This document shows positions 1-14,405 of a DNA stretch of 64,000 nt, in pieces. A program made the translations under genes and the position numbers. Source of the DNA: an uncultured delta proteobacterium (lineage in GTDB: Bacteria; Myxococcota_A; Polyangia; Fen-1088); NCBI GenBank assembly GCA_963796685.1, contig CAWCMR010000013.1:1-64000 (forward strand). The letters run 5' to 3'. Within the stretch, counting starts at the first letter, position 1. Each line of letters begins with the position of its first letter. The notes below the pieces were generated by a model. That model was not told the origin of the DNA and did not search any database. It saw only the letters and a list, made by a program, of their open reading frames with translations.

Positions 1-23
1 ACGCGAGAACTGGGGAACGAAAA

Positions 24-752
24 ATGAACGAGCTTGGCCCTACAGCGAGAGAGATGGTGGAGACGCACAGAAATAAGGTGCTGGCCCGCGCCGATTGGGA
101 GCGCATCAAGCAGAAGCTGATGCTGCGGGTGGCGACCCTGGGGGCGACAACGGCGGCGACTGGCACGGCGATGGGCATGTCCCGGGCCTCCAAGATTGCT
201 TTGGTGGCGCTCGGGGTAACGGCGGTGGTGGGGGCCGGAACGTTTTCCATGTGGGCGTTGCGCGGGCGAGCGCCCGCGGCGTGACTTCGCCGACCCAGTT
301 TTCCTGCCCTCGCTCCCGAGACCATCAAGCCGGCGCAAGAGGCATCGCCCGAGGATTCTTTTCTTCCTGCCGATTCGGCCGGTGCTGGACGCATCGAGCA
401 CGTGAAGAAGGCCAGCAAGCGTCCCGCCGTGGCCGCGGCCACCCCAAGCCCTGCCGCGGTCCCGGCTGCTCCCCTGAATCCGGAGCCAGAGCTGCGTGTG
501 TTGCGTGAGGCACGAGAGGACTTGCGTGCGGACCGCTCCGAGAGTGCGTACCGGCGCCTCGACGACTACGGTCGCCAGCATAGCGGGGAATGCTGGCGCA
601 AGAGCGGCGAGCGTGTCGCCATCGCGCTTTGCGAGTGGAAGCCTGGTCCGAGGCGCAAACCCGTGCAGCCGATTTCCTGCGGACTTCCCCCGATCTCCCT
701 GGCCAAACAGGTGCGTTCGGCGTGCGACATGATCAGCAAGCCGCCGCGATAG
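24..752 (+). pseudogene. Anti-sigma-factor-like membrane protein (myxobacterial type, TM helix plus C-terminal TPR-like helices), broken across reading frames
   Basis: N-terminal ORF 24..284 has a TM helix. The C-terminal segments ELRVLREAREDLR / MLAQERR / AIALC / EAQTRAADFLRTSP / QVRSAC alternate between frames. The start overlaps the stop of an upstream gene (ATGA at 24-27). The frameshifts may be sequencing errors. Confidence 0.5.
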
Positions 753-764
753 ACAAAGCCAACG

Positions 765-2204
765 GTGCTGGTAATTCGGAGCATGGCCGGGAAGCCCAGG
801 CGATTGGTCGCAAGCGGATTCGCGCGCCTGGGGGCCGTCGTGGTCTTGCTCGGGGGTACCGGCGACCGCGTGGTCATCGGCGCGCAGATGTGTCCCGACG
901 TCTCTGGCGGACCGCCCGGAGTCGAGCCCTTGCCCAGCCCCAAGCAAGTCGCGCTTCAGCGGTTTGAGCTCACGGCTTATCTTCATTTCGGTCTGGCCAC
1001 CTACGACTCAGGCACGACGCCTCCGGCCTCCTCATTCAATCCGACCAGCTTCGACGCCAAAGAATGGGTGGCCGAGCTCAAGAACGCGGGTTTCCGCCAG
1101 GCGGTTCTCGTGGCCAAGCACGAGAACGGGTTCTGCCTTTGGCCAACGGCCACCACCGATTATTCGGTGAAGAGCAGCCCTTGGAAAAATGGGCAAGGGG
1201 ACGTAGTGAAGGAATTCACGGATGCGGCGCGCGCGGCAGGGATGCGTGCGGGACTTTACCTGTCGCCCGTGGACCACTATTTCCCGAGCACGAGCGCCGC
1301 CTACGAGCCCTATCTGCGCAACCAGCTGACCGAGCTTCTATCGAACTACGGCCCCATTTTCGAGATCAAATTCCCCGGCGATAACGCGCCGGCCACGGTG
1401 GACTGGGCGGGCATCGCACAACTTGCCCATGAATTGCAGCCCGACACGCTGGTTTGGATAGGTCCCGAGATCGCCACGACAGGATCCGACTCTCGCTACG
1501 CCGGCATTCGCGGGACGCGCGCCACGTCGAGCGTGGCCGACGTTCCCAATGGCGGTCCGACAAACGTATGGTACCCGGCGGAAGTCGAGGTTCCCGATCG
1601 TCCCAACAATCAGTGGTTCTGGAGCTCCACCATCGCAGAGATCTCCCTGAGCCAACTGCAATCGATCTACTTCACGTCGGTCGGCATGAACACGACCCTG
1701 GTATTCAACGTGCCGCCTTCACCCACTGGCCAGTTCGACACGCAGGAGGTTCAATTGTTACGAGATTTCGGGGACTGGTACGCCTCGCTCTACCGGACGA
1801 ACCTGGTGCACGCGCAACCGATCACCGCCGACAGCACCTGGGCCAGTCCGGGTTTCGATGCGGCCAAGGCCGTGGACGACGACATTTGCACCAGCTGGGC
1901 GGCAGCCAGCGGGGCGACCTCGGGTCGGCTGGAGGTGACGCCGCGTTCGCCGGTGACGTTCACGGTCATCAGCTTGCGAGAGCCCATCGAACGGGGCGAG
2001 CGGGTCACCGCCTACCACATCGAAATTAGGCAAAACGGGACCTGGGACCGGGCCCCGATGGATGCGTCGGGGGTGACGATCGCTGGCTCGGTCGTCGGTC
2101 AGCGCCAGCTCTGGCAGGTCAACCCAACCACCGTAGACGCCATAGCCTTGGTGATCGACGCCGCCAGGGGCGAGCCCGCCATCGCGGAGCTCGGTCTGTA
2201 TTAA
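765..2204 (+). CDS. GH29 alpha-L-fucosidase-like protein with C-terminal F5/8 (CBM32-like) domain; catalytic motifs degenerate
   Basis: Motifs HFGL, FNPTSFDAKEW, AKHENGFCLWPT, YSVKSSPWKNGQGDVVKEF, ELLSNYGPIFEI, WYPAEVEV, YFTSVGMN, AVDDDICTSW. Start is uncertain. Confidence 0.85.
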   Translation: MLVIRSMAGKPRRLVASGFARLGAVVVLLGGTGDRVVIGAQMCPDVSGGPPGVEPLPSPKQVALQRFELTAYLHFGLATYDSGTTPPASSFNPTSFDAKEWVAELKNAGFRQAVLVAKHENGFCLWPTATTDYSVKSSPWKNGQGDVVKEFTDAARAAGMRAGLYLSPVDHYFPSTSAAYEPYLRNQLTELLSNYGPIFEIKFPGDNAPATVDWAGIAQLAHELQPDTLVWIGPEIATTGSDSRYAGIRGTRATSSVADVPNGGPTNVWYPAEVEVPDRPNNQWFWSSTIAEISLSQLQSIYFTSVGMNTTLVFNVPPSPTGQFDTQEVQLLRDFGDWYASLYRTNLVHAQPITADSTWASPGFDAAKAVDDDICTSWAAASGATSGRLEVTPRSPVTFTVISLREPIERGERVTAYHIEIRQNGTWDRAPMDASGVTIAGSVVGQRQLWQVNPTTVDAIALVIDAARGEPAIAELGLY

Positions 2205-2251
2205 ACCCGTACCTGACCAACGAATCTCTGGCAGGCCGGGAACTAAAGGGC

Positions 2252-4873
2252 ATGGCGCACAGGACGAAGCACTTTCTGCTCTTCATCATCCTCGGTGGTC
2301 TTGTGGCTTTTCCGATCGCCGGTTGTGGGAAGGGAAATGGTACTGCTGGCACGGGCGGAACGCAGTCCACATCCAGCTCGCGCGGCGGTCAATCTGGTTC
2401 GGGCGGAACAGCGGGTTCAGGAAGTACCAGCAACAGCGGTGGAATATCAGGCAGTGGCGGCTTGTCCAGCGTCGGCGGCTCCAGTGCGACGGGCGGCTCG
2501 TCCGTGGGTGGCTCCGCCGCAACGGGTGGCTCGTCCGAGGTTGGCGGCACAACCGGGAAGGGAGGCTCCAGCACGGGCGGCACCGCAGGGAAAGGCGGAG
2601 GCGCTGGCGGAGCTTCGACGGGCGGTGGCGCGGGGGCAGGCGGCACATCAAGCGATCGCGCGGGCAGTGGGGGGACCGCTGGCGGCGGCTCAGGAGCGCC
2701 ATCCGGTGGTCAGCCTGGCAGCGGCGGGTCGTCGGGCACCGGCGGAGCCCTATCCGCTGGTCCTCGCCTGATCCAGAACTTCAACCAATCTTGGAAGTTC
2801 AAACGAGCCGATGTCACGGGTGCGGAGGCAACCGCCTTCGATGACTCTTCGTGGGGCAACGTGGGTCTCCCCCATTCGTTCAATCTGCCCAACTTTCTGT
2901 CGACGAAGTTCTACGTCGGCTACGGCTGGTATAGGAAACACTTCACGGTCCCGGCGTCCTGGTCGAGCAAGAGCGTAGCCATCGAGTTCCAGGCCGCCTT
3001 CGACCAAGCGCAGATCTACGTCAACGGCAAGCAGGTCGGCCAACACATCGGCGGCTACAATGGGTTTTCGATCGATATCACCTCGGCCATCCAGACCGGT
3101 GACAACGTCGTGGCGGTTCGTTTGAACAACAACTGGAATGCACAAATCCCGCCCATCACGGGCGATCACATCTTCTACGGCGGCCTGTATCGAGACGTGA
3201 ATGTCGTTGTCACTGACCCGTTGCACGTCACCTGGTACGGCACCTGGGTCACGACGCCCACGCTGGCGACAAATTCTGGCTCCTCTAGCACCGTAGAGAT
3301 CAAGACGGAAGTGCAGAACAACCGCTCGGCCGCGGTTAACGCCACGCTGAAGACCGACATCGTGGACAATACCGGCAAGGTGATCACCACCATTTCGTCG
3401 CCACAGCAGATCGCCGCGGGTGCGACGGTGACCTTCGATCAGACGACGCCCGCCATCAGCAGCCCCTCGCTGTGGCACCCCGACCATCCGACGATGTACA
3501 TGGCGCTTTCCTACCTTTCCGACGGCACTGGGAACGTGGACAACTTCACGACGCCGTTCGGGTTCCGCTGGTTCACCTGGTCGGGGTCGCAGGGCTTCTC
3601 GCTGAACGGCTCACACTATTGGATCCAGGGCGCGAATGTGCATCAGGACCACGCGGGCTGGGCCAATGGCGTGGCCGACTCGGCGCTGTACCGTGACGTC
3701 AAGATGGTCAAGGACGCGGGACTGAACTTCATTCGTGGTTCGCACTATCCCAAAGCACCGGCTTTTGCAGATGCCTGCGACCAACTCGGCGTCTTGCTCT
3801 GGTCGGAGAACTGTTTCTGGGGCGGCTTCGGTGGCGGTCCGGGGGGATGGTCCTATAGCGGTTCCTACCCGAGCACCTCCGCCGACTTCGACGGGTACGA
3901 CACCAACGTTCTCGCCAGCCTGACGGACATGATCCGCATCCACCGCAATCACCCCAGCATCATCGCGTGGAGCATGGGCAACGAGGACTTCTTCAATGGC
4001 GGCGGCCCCACAGACAGGGTGATCGCGCTGCTCAAGAAGGAGGTCGCCTTGACCCACCAGCTCGATCCAGCACCGACGGGACGGCCCGCGGCCATCGGAG
4101 GCGCCCAGTCCAAAATCGGCGGCACGGAACCCGACACACTTGGCGATGTGGCCGGCTTCAACGGCGACGGCACGGGCTACGACAACCCTGGCATGCCCAA
4201 TCTGGTGTCGGAATACGGCAGCACCGTGAATGTGGCTCGGCCGGGCGCCTACGATCCCGGCTGGGGAAATCTGACGGTAACAAACGGCATGCCTGCCCAA
4301 CCAGCGTGGCGCAGCGGAGCGTCCAAGTGGTGCATGTTCGATTATTCCAGCCAAATGGGTGCTACGTACATGACCACGGGTATTGTCGACAACTTCCGCA
4401 TTCCGAAGCGAGCGTACTACTGGTACCGAAACGCCTATGCGAAGGTGGCGCCGCCGACGTGGCCGACCTCGGGCACCGCCGCCGGGCTGAAGCTGACCGC
4501 GAGCACGACGACGCTTTCGGCGGTGGATGGCACCCAGGACGCGTGGCTGCTGGTCACCGTCGTGGACGCGAGCGGCAAGGCGATCAGCAACAATGTGACG
4601 GTGACACTCACGGTAACGTCGGGGCCGGGCGAGTTCCCGACTGGGCCGAGCATCACGTTTACCCCAGGGACCGCCAAGCCGGCGAGCGATATCGCCATTC
4701 TCGACGGTCAAGCCGCTACCGAGTTTCGGACGTACTACTCGGGCACCAGTGTCATCACGGCCAGCTCGCCGGGCCTGACCTCCGACACAGTGACCATCAC
4801 GTCGCAGGGCAGCCCTGCGTTCGTGGAGGGTCAAACCCCGCCTGCGGACACGCGGCCGTACACAGGCCAGTAG
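2252..4873 (+). CDS. GH2 beta-galactosidase/beta-glucuronidase-family lipoprotein with Gly/Ser/Thr linker
   Basis: Lipobox IAGC, long G/S/T linker, GYGWYRKHF, GGLYRDV, GANVHQDH, IRGSHYP, RNHPSIIAWSMGNE, VSEYG. Confidence 0.9.
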   Translation: MAHRTKHFLLFIILGGLVAFPIAGCGKGNGTAGTGGTQSTSSSRGGQSGSGGTAGSGSTSNSGGISGSGGLSSVGGSSATGGSSVGGSAATGGSSEVGGTTGKGGSSTGGTAGKGGGAGGASTGGGAGAGGTSSDRAGSGGTAGGGSGAPSGGQPGSGGSSGTGGALSAGPRLIQNFNQSWKFKRADVTGAEATAFDDSSWGNVGLPHSFNLPNFLSTKFYVGYGWYRKHFTVPASWSSKSVAIEFQAAFDQAQIYVNGKQVGQHIGGYNGFSIDITSAIQTGDNVVAVRLNNNWNAQIPPITGDHIFYGGLYRDVNVVVTDPLHVTWYGTWVTTPTLATNSGSSSTVEIKTEVQNNRSAAVNATLKTDIVDNTGKVITTISSPQQIAAGATVTFDQTTPAISSPSLWHPDHPTMYMALSYLSDGTGNVDNFTTPFGFRWFTWSGSQGFSLNGSHYWIQGANVHQDHAGWANGVADSALYRDVKMVKDAGLNFIRGSHYPKAPAFADACDQLGVLLWSENCFWGGFGGGPGGWSYSGSYPSTSADFDGYDTNVLASLTDMIRIHRNHPSIIAWSMGNEDFFNGGGPTDRVIALLKKEVALTHQLDPAPTGRPAAIGGAQSKIGGTEPDTLGDVAGFNGDGTGYDNPGMPNLVSEYGSTVNVARPGAYDPGWGNLTVTNGMPAQPAWRSGASKWCMFDYSSQMGATYMTTGIVDNFRIPKRAYYWYRNAYAKVAPPTWPTSGTAAGLKLTASTTTLSAVDGTQDAWLLVTVVDASGKAISNNVTVTLTVTSGPGEFPTGPSITFTPGTAKPASDIAILDGQAATEFRTYYSGTSVITASSPGLTSDTVTITSQGSPAFVEGQTPPADTRPYTGQ

Positions 4874-5334
4874 TGCCGCGCCAGCTCCTGGGCAGTACGC
4901 TCCGAACTCAGCGATGGCGGAGACGTTCCTTGCAAAGTCAAGAGCGCTTGCTGCCCTGAAAGTATCGTCGGCTTGCCGTCACTAGCTTGGAGACAACACA
5001 CTTTGTGTCCCGGGTGAACGCACCAACGGGGAAGAAGCGGCGATGACCAATCAGGTCGAGGAATGGTCGTCCGGTCCTGGAAGGTCGACTTGCAACCCGT
5101 CTTCGCTGGCGGAGGCCTGGTGCAGAGCGCAGCAGTCGGCGTGAAAGCCACGGTCAGAAACTCCGACCAGCGTGCCCTGGGCGTGGTCGGGGACCGGTCA
5201 ACGAACTCGTCGAATTCGCCGTCTCGATGCCGACGCCTCGCAGGGTGGTGCGGAAGTGGTGCGGGAGCCTTCGAACGACAACTGCGACCAGGGTGGCTCT
5301 ACCGAAAACCCTACGCAGAATCAGTAGTTATCTG

Positions 5335-5406
5335 TGGGCGTTGCAGGGATTGAACCTGCGGCTTCCACCGTGTGAAGGTGGCACTCTTCCGCTGAGTTAA
5401 ACGCCC
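5335..5406 (-). tRNA. tRNA-Val (anticodon CAC)
   Basis: Minus strand GGGCGTT-TA-ACTC-AGCGGAA-GAGT-G-CCACC-TTCACAC-GGTGG-AAGCC-GCAGG-TTCAATC-CCTGC-AACGCCC-A forms a full cloverleaf. CCA is not encoded. Confidence 0.95.
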
Positions 5407-5497
5407 GGAAGTCCTTTGCAGATAATCGCAAACCGTGCGGCTGTCAATGGCGCAATCGCGTTCTCAGGGGCGGAAGGAGGTCCGTCGCCGCGCGCCG

Positions 5498-7110
<1,613 letters not shown>

Positions 7111-7227
7111 GGGATTCGATGGTGAAGCGACTGCCTAGTGGCTGGAACTATAATCCATACCTTCTGACATTTCAGGTACCCCGTCAAGCAAGCGGGCGCT
7201 CTCCATAATCCCGGGGTAGCTGCAGAA

Positions 7228-7296
<69 letters not shown>

Positions 7297-7427
7297 TAAG
7301 CCGTCTACGTCCACGACCACCCGTCATCGCTCCGATTGGGTGCGTGCATCTGTCGTGGAAAGGTGTCCCTTGGCGCGGGATTGGGGTGTTCACGTGTTGC
7401 AAGAGTTAGACACGGCAAGCATGGGAA

Positions 7428-8272
7428 TCAGCCAAACAGAACCGACCGGCGCGCGGCCAAAAGCTCGGCGATCATGTGATCCAGCTTGCTACGCACGGTC
7501 TCAGCCATCTCCAGGTTCTCTTCCTTGTGCTCTTCTGCCGTCGAGCCGAAAGGCGGAAACACGATGGGCGTGCCGATCTTGATGCTCCACTTGGTGGGAA
7601 CCGGCAACAGACCGAGCGGGCCCAGCAGGGGGAACGTCGGCGTGATGGGGATGTAGGGCAGGCCGAGAGGTGCGGCGATGCGCGTGAGCTTGGCCAGCAC
7701 CGGATGGGTTTCCTCCGCGCCCACGATGGCCGCGGGAATGATCGGCACCTGGGCGGTGCGCGCCAGGCGCACGAAGCCCCCGCGACCGAAATGGGTCAGG
7801 CGATAGCGCTCGCGGTAGAGCTTGCCCACGCCGCGCAGCCCCTCGGGAAACACGCCGATGAGCTGGCCCGTCTTGCACAGGGCCAGGGCGTTTTGCATGG
7901 AAGCGCGCACGCCGCCGATGCGCGCCACCACCGGGCGCATCCACGACGACTGGAAGGCGAAGCTGGCCACGAGGGGGCGCAGGGGACGTGCCGCGGGATG
8001 GTGGCGGTGCGTGGCGTGGATCAGCATGGCGCCGTCGTAGGGCAGGCCGCCCGAATGGTTGGCCACCAGCAACGCCGCGCCCTCGGCGGGCACGTTTTCC
8101 AGGCCGGTCACGCGGATGCGGAAGTACCGCGACCACAGGAATTCCAGGACCGGGGCGGTCTTGCTCAGGAACTCCGGGTCGAACCCGAAGTCGGGCAGGG
8201 TGGCGGGATCGGGAATCCGCTCGCGCATGGTCGCGGCCAGGGCGGCGAACGCCGCTTTGGTTGCCGGATCGA

Positions 8273-8276
<4 letters not shown>
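7428..8276 (-). CDS. Lysophospholipid/glycerol acyltransferase (PlsC family)
   Basis: NHSGGLPYD (HX4D motif), FPEG, VPIIPAAIVG. Start MIDPAT overlaps the alaS stop (ATGA). Confidence 0.85.
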
Positions 8277-10948
<2,672 letters not shown>

Positions 10949-10991
10949 TGGGCGCGCAGATTAGCGCCAGCCGCGTCGCCAGTCGACTGAT

Positions 10992-12058
10992 ATGGGAACC
11001 CTGAGAGGGTTCCCAAACCCTCCCGCGCTCTGGCTCCGCCGGGCAAAGCCCGGCTACGCCAACGCGATCATGGGAACCGTGGGAGGGTTCCCAAACCCTC
11101 GGCCCCTACCCGCCACCCACCACCCCGCTCGCTGCGCTCGGCCTCGCGCGCTCTGGCGGAGGCGCGAGGGGCGCGCGCGAAGGGCGCGAGGGGGAGGGCG
11201 TGGAGGTGTAGGTCCCGAAGCACCGACGAAGTCGGTGGGCAAAGCCCGGCTACGCCAACGCGATCATGGGAACCGTGGGAGGGTTCCCAAACCCTCGGCC
11301 CCTACCCGCCACCCACCACCCCGCTCGCTGCGCTCGGCCTCGCGCGCTCTGGCGGAGGCGCGAGGGGCGCGCGCGAAGGGCGCGAGGGGGAGGGCGTGGA
11401 GGTGTAGGTCCCGAAGCACCGACGAAGTCGGTGGGCAAAGCCCGGCTACGCCAACGCGATCATGGGAACCGTGGGAGGGTTCCCAAACCCTCGGCCCCTA
11501 CCCGCCACCCACCACCCCGCTCGCTGCGCTCGGCCTCGCGCGCTCTGGCGGAGGCGCGAGGGGCGCGCGCGAAGGGCGCGAGGGGGAGGGCGTGGAGGTG
11601 TAGGTCCCGAAGCACCGACGAAGTCGGTGGGCAAAGCCCGGCTACGCCAACGCAATCATGGGAACCGTGGGAGGGTTCCCAAACCCTCGGCCCCTACCCG
11701 CCACCCACCACCCCGCTCGCTGCGCTCGGCCTCGCGCGCTCTGGCGGAGGCGCGAGGGGCGCGCGCGAAGGGCGCGAGGGGGAGGGCGTGGAGGTGTAGG
11801 TCCCGAAGCACCGACGAAGTCGGTGGGCAAAGCCCGGCTACGCCAACGCAATCATGGGAACCGTGGGAGGGTTCCCAAACCCTCGGCCCCTACCCGCCAC
11901 CCACCACCCCGCTCGCTGCGCTCGGCCTCGCGCGCTCTGGCGGAGGCGCGAGGGGCGCGCGCGAAGGGCGCGAGGGGGAGGGCGTGGAGGTGTAGGTCCC
12001 GAAGCACCGACGAAGTCGGTGGGCAAAGCCCGGCTACGCCAACGCAATCATGGGAACC
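10992..12058. repeat. Tandem array of five 196-bp units plus a 78-bp shortened lead unit and a partial end
   Basis: Units start at 11070, 11266, 11462, 11658, 11854 and a partial at 12050. They are near-identical and contain several hairpins. Confidence 0.97.
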
Positions 12059-12071
12059 CCACCTGAAAACA

Positions 12072-12135
12072 CCTCGCCCCGCGTAGCGGAGCGAAGCGGG
12101 GAGAGGTCGCCGAGCGCAGCGAGGCGGGTGAGGGG
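12072..12135. repeat. REP-like palindromic element (CCTCGCCCCGC...GCGGGGAGAGG...GGTGAGGGG family)
   Basis: Nested hairpins with GCGTAGC/GCGAAGC/GCGCAGC loops; related copies at 27319-27450. Confidence 0.75.
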
Positions 12136-12138
12136 CAG

Positions 12139-14250
12139 TCACGTTTCCTGGCCGGTCGTGATCGGTGCGGCGCGATTCTCGGCCCCCAGGCCGACGCGGA
12201 TGGGTAACACGGCCATGGGCAAGCCCTTCCAGTGGAGGCGCCTTTCGATTTGGTACGCGGTTTCGTTGTGCAGGATGCGTTGCCACCAGGTTTCGCGCTT
12301 CCAGATGAGCTTGCCCGCGAAGAAGGCGGAGCGATGAAATTCCGCGGCCAAGGTCGTGCACAGCGCGGTGGCTTCCTTGACGGCATCGAGTCCGGCGGAC
12401 ATGCGCGACGAGGCGTGCCAGCCCAGCCCGCGTGCGAGCTTGACGTACTTTTCAAGGGACTCGCGCGTTCGCTGTTGCAGCCGGTCGATTTCCTCGGAAC
12501 CCTTGAAGGTCCCCGAATCCAGCACGGCCACGGAGACGAAGACGATGTTCTTGAAATAGCCGGCGTAGCTGCGTTGGATGGAGAGCAGCGAGTGGATGCC
12601 GATGCCGCCGTAGCTGCCCACCATGAGCACCGCGGTCGGCTCGCGCGGGTCGGGCTCGGCGCCCAGTCCCTCCATCTCGCCCAGGTCGCCCAGCTCCTCG
12701 TCCAGCCTGCGCAACTGATGTGCCACGTGCCGGTAGTGCAGCTCGATGTACAGACATAGGCCGATGATGCAGGTGGTGACCGCGAGGGTGACCCAAGCGC
12801 CCTGGGAGAACTTCTGGACCACGGTGAAGATGAGGATGCCGACGCACAGCACGAGCGCCACGCCGTGCAACGAGAATTGGCGCTTCCAGTGCTGCACCCG
12901 CTTGCTGCGCTGCCACCAGAAACGGGCCATGCCAAGCTGTGACAGCGAGAAGGTGATGAACACGTTGATGGCGTACATCACGACGAGGGTATCGAGGTTC
13001 CCGCCGGTCCCGATGAGCAGAATCAGGGCCGCAGACCCGAGAATGATGACCCCGTTGGCGGTGGTGAGGCGGTCGGACAGCGTCGCGAATCGGTGCGGCA
13101 GCCACGAGTCCACCGCCATGTTGGACATCACGCGTGGCCCGTCGATGAAACCGGCCTGGGCCGCCACCAGCAGCAGGGCGCCCTCCGAGGCCAGCACCAA
13201 GAGCACGAAGGCCTTGCCGACCGGCACCCCGAGCGGACGCCACTGGCCCGCGAAGGCCTCGACGAGAATTCCGTTCAGCGTCTTGCCCTCTGCCGGCTGG
13301 GCGTTGAAGAGCAAGTAGCAGAGCAGGATCCCCGACGACGTGATGGCCAGCGAGAGGGCCATGTACAGCATGGTCCGCTTGCCGGTATGCACGCGCGGCT
13401 CGCGCATGATCTGCAAGCCATTCGACACCGCCTCGATGCCGGTGTAGGTGCCGCTGCCGCGCGCGAAGGCGGCGATGAAGATCATGAACAGCCCCCACAC
13501 GCCGACGGTCGAGACGCCACGATGGAGCCCGGTGGTCACCTCGCCGGCGACGTTGCCGAAGCGCGCGTAGTGGCTGATCACGCCTCCGCCTATCAGGACC
13601 GCGTGGCTGACCAGAAAGAGCAGGAACACCGGCAGCAGGGCGGTGACGGATTCTTTGACACCGCGCAGGTTGAGCAGAACGAGCCCCATGATGGCCGCAA
13701 TCTCGACGAAGAGCTTGAAGTGGTGAAATCCGAGGGGGAGCATGTTGAAGATGGCGTCCGCTCCCGACGCGATGGAGACGGAGATCGTGAGCACGTAATC
13801 GACCAGGAGGGCGCTGCCCGAGACCACCCCGGCATGGCGGCCAAGCAGCTTCGTGGCCACGACGTAGCCGCCGCCGCCCGAGGGAAAGTGCTCGATGATT
13901 TTGCTGTAGGAAACCGACAGGATCATGACCGTGATGCCCGTGGCGAGCGCCAGAAACACGGCCAGGAAGGTGTAGTTCCCCTGTTCTCTCAGGGCGCGAA
14001 AGCACTCGTCGGGGCCGTAGGCCGAGGACGAAAGTCCGTCCGCGCCAAGCCCAACCCAGGCCAAGAAGGCAACGAGAGAAATGTTGTGGAAGATCCCGGG
14101 GTCTCGGAAATCCTTGGGCCGTCCCTGCAGGACGTTCCACATCCGCTCCAAGAACGATGGGCTATCCAGTGCCGTCAGCTTGGTGCTACTACTGTCGTCC
14201 TCCGACGCGCTGGGTTCAACCTTCGCGGTGGGACTGCTTTGATCGGACAT
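12139..14250 (-). CDS. kimA: KimA/YdaO-type potassium transporter (APC/KUP superfamily)
   Basis: DGLSSSAYG, SGGGGY, DYVLT and GIEAVSNG match KimA motifs; about 12 TM helices plus a cytoplasmic C-terminal domain; c-di-AMP riboswitch upstream. Confidence 0.8.
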   Translation of the reverse strand: MSDQSSPTAKVEPSASEDDSSSTKLTALDSPSFLERMWNVLQGRPKDFRDPGIFHNISLVAFLAWVGLGADGLSSSAYGPDECFRALREQGNYTFLAVFLALATGITVMILSVSYSKIIEHFPSGGGGYVVATKLLGRHAGVVSGSALLVDYVLTISVSIASGADAIFNMLPLGFHHFKLFVEIAAIMGLVLLNLRGVKESVTALLPVFLLFLVSHAVLIGGGVISHYARFGNVAGEVTTGLHRGVSTVGVWGLFMIFIAAFARGSGTYTGIEAVSNGLQIMREPRVHTGKRTMLYMALSLAITSSGILLCYLLFNAQPAEGKTLNGILVEAFAGQWRPLGVPVGKAFVLLVLASEGALLLVAAQAGFIDGPRVMSNMAVDSWLPHRFATLSDRLTTANGVIILGSAALILLIGTGGNLDTLVVMYAINVFITFSLSQLGMARFWWQRSKRVQHWKRQFSLHGVALVLCVGILIFTVVQKFSQGAWVTLAVTTCIIGLCLYIELHYRHVAHQLRRLDEELGDLGEMEGLGAEPDPREPTAVLMVGSYGGIGIHSLLSIQRSYAGYFKNIVFVSVAVLDSGTFKGSEEIDRLQQRTRESLEKYVKLARGLGWHASSRMSAGLDAVKEATALCTTLAAEFHRSAFFAGKLIWKRETWWQRILHNETAYQIERRLHWKGLPMAVLPIRVGLGAENRAAPITTGQET

Positions 14251-14289
14251 TGGCCGGACTCCTTCTTGCGGCCGTGACCTCTGTCGGAC

Positions 14290-14405
14290 CGCCTGCCTAC
14301 GGGGTTAGCTGACGGGCTCGGAGAGAGGAGCACTCCGGTGCAAAAGCACTTAGCCCCAATATCTGTTGGGTCCCCCGCTCGATGTTCTCAGCGATTCGGC
14401 ATTGA
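14290..14405 (-). ncRNA. c-di-AMP (ydaO/yuaA) riboswitch
   Basis: Minus strand reads GCCGAATC...GAGCGGGGGACCCA...TGGGGCTAA...CCGAGCCCGTCAGCTAACCCCGTAGGC, the conserved blocks of the ydaO-yuaA motif, in the 5' leader of the kimA homologue. Confidence 0.9.

Noticed and set aside
5063-5353. Integrase fragment next to tRNA-Val
   Set aside because: No tyrosine- or serine-recombinase motifs recognisable
10992-12058. CRISPR array, or protein-coding ORFs within the 196-bp repeat
   Set aside because: No unique spacers, the unit is far too long, and there are no cas genes in the window. The period is not a multiple of 3, so the ORFs are repeat artefacts.
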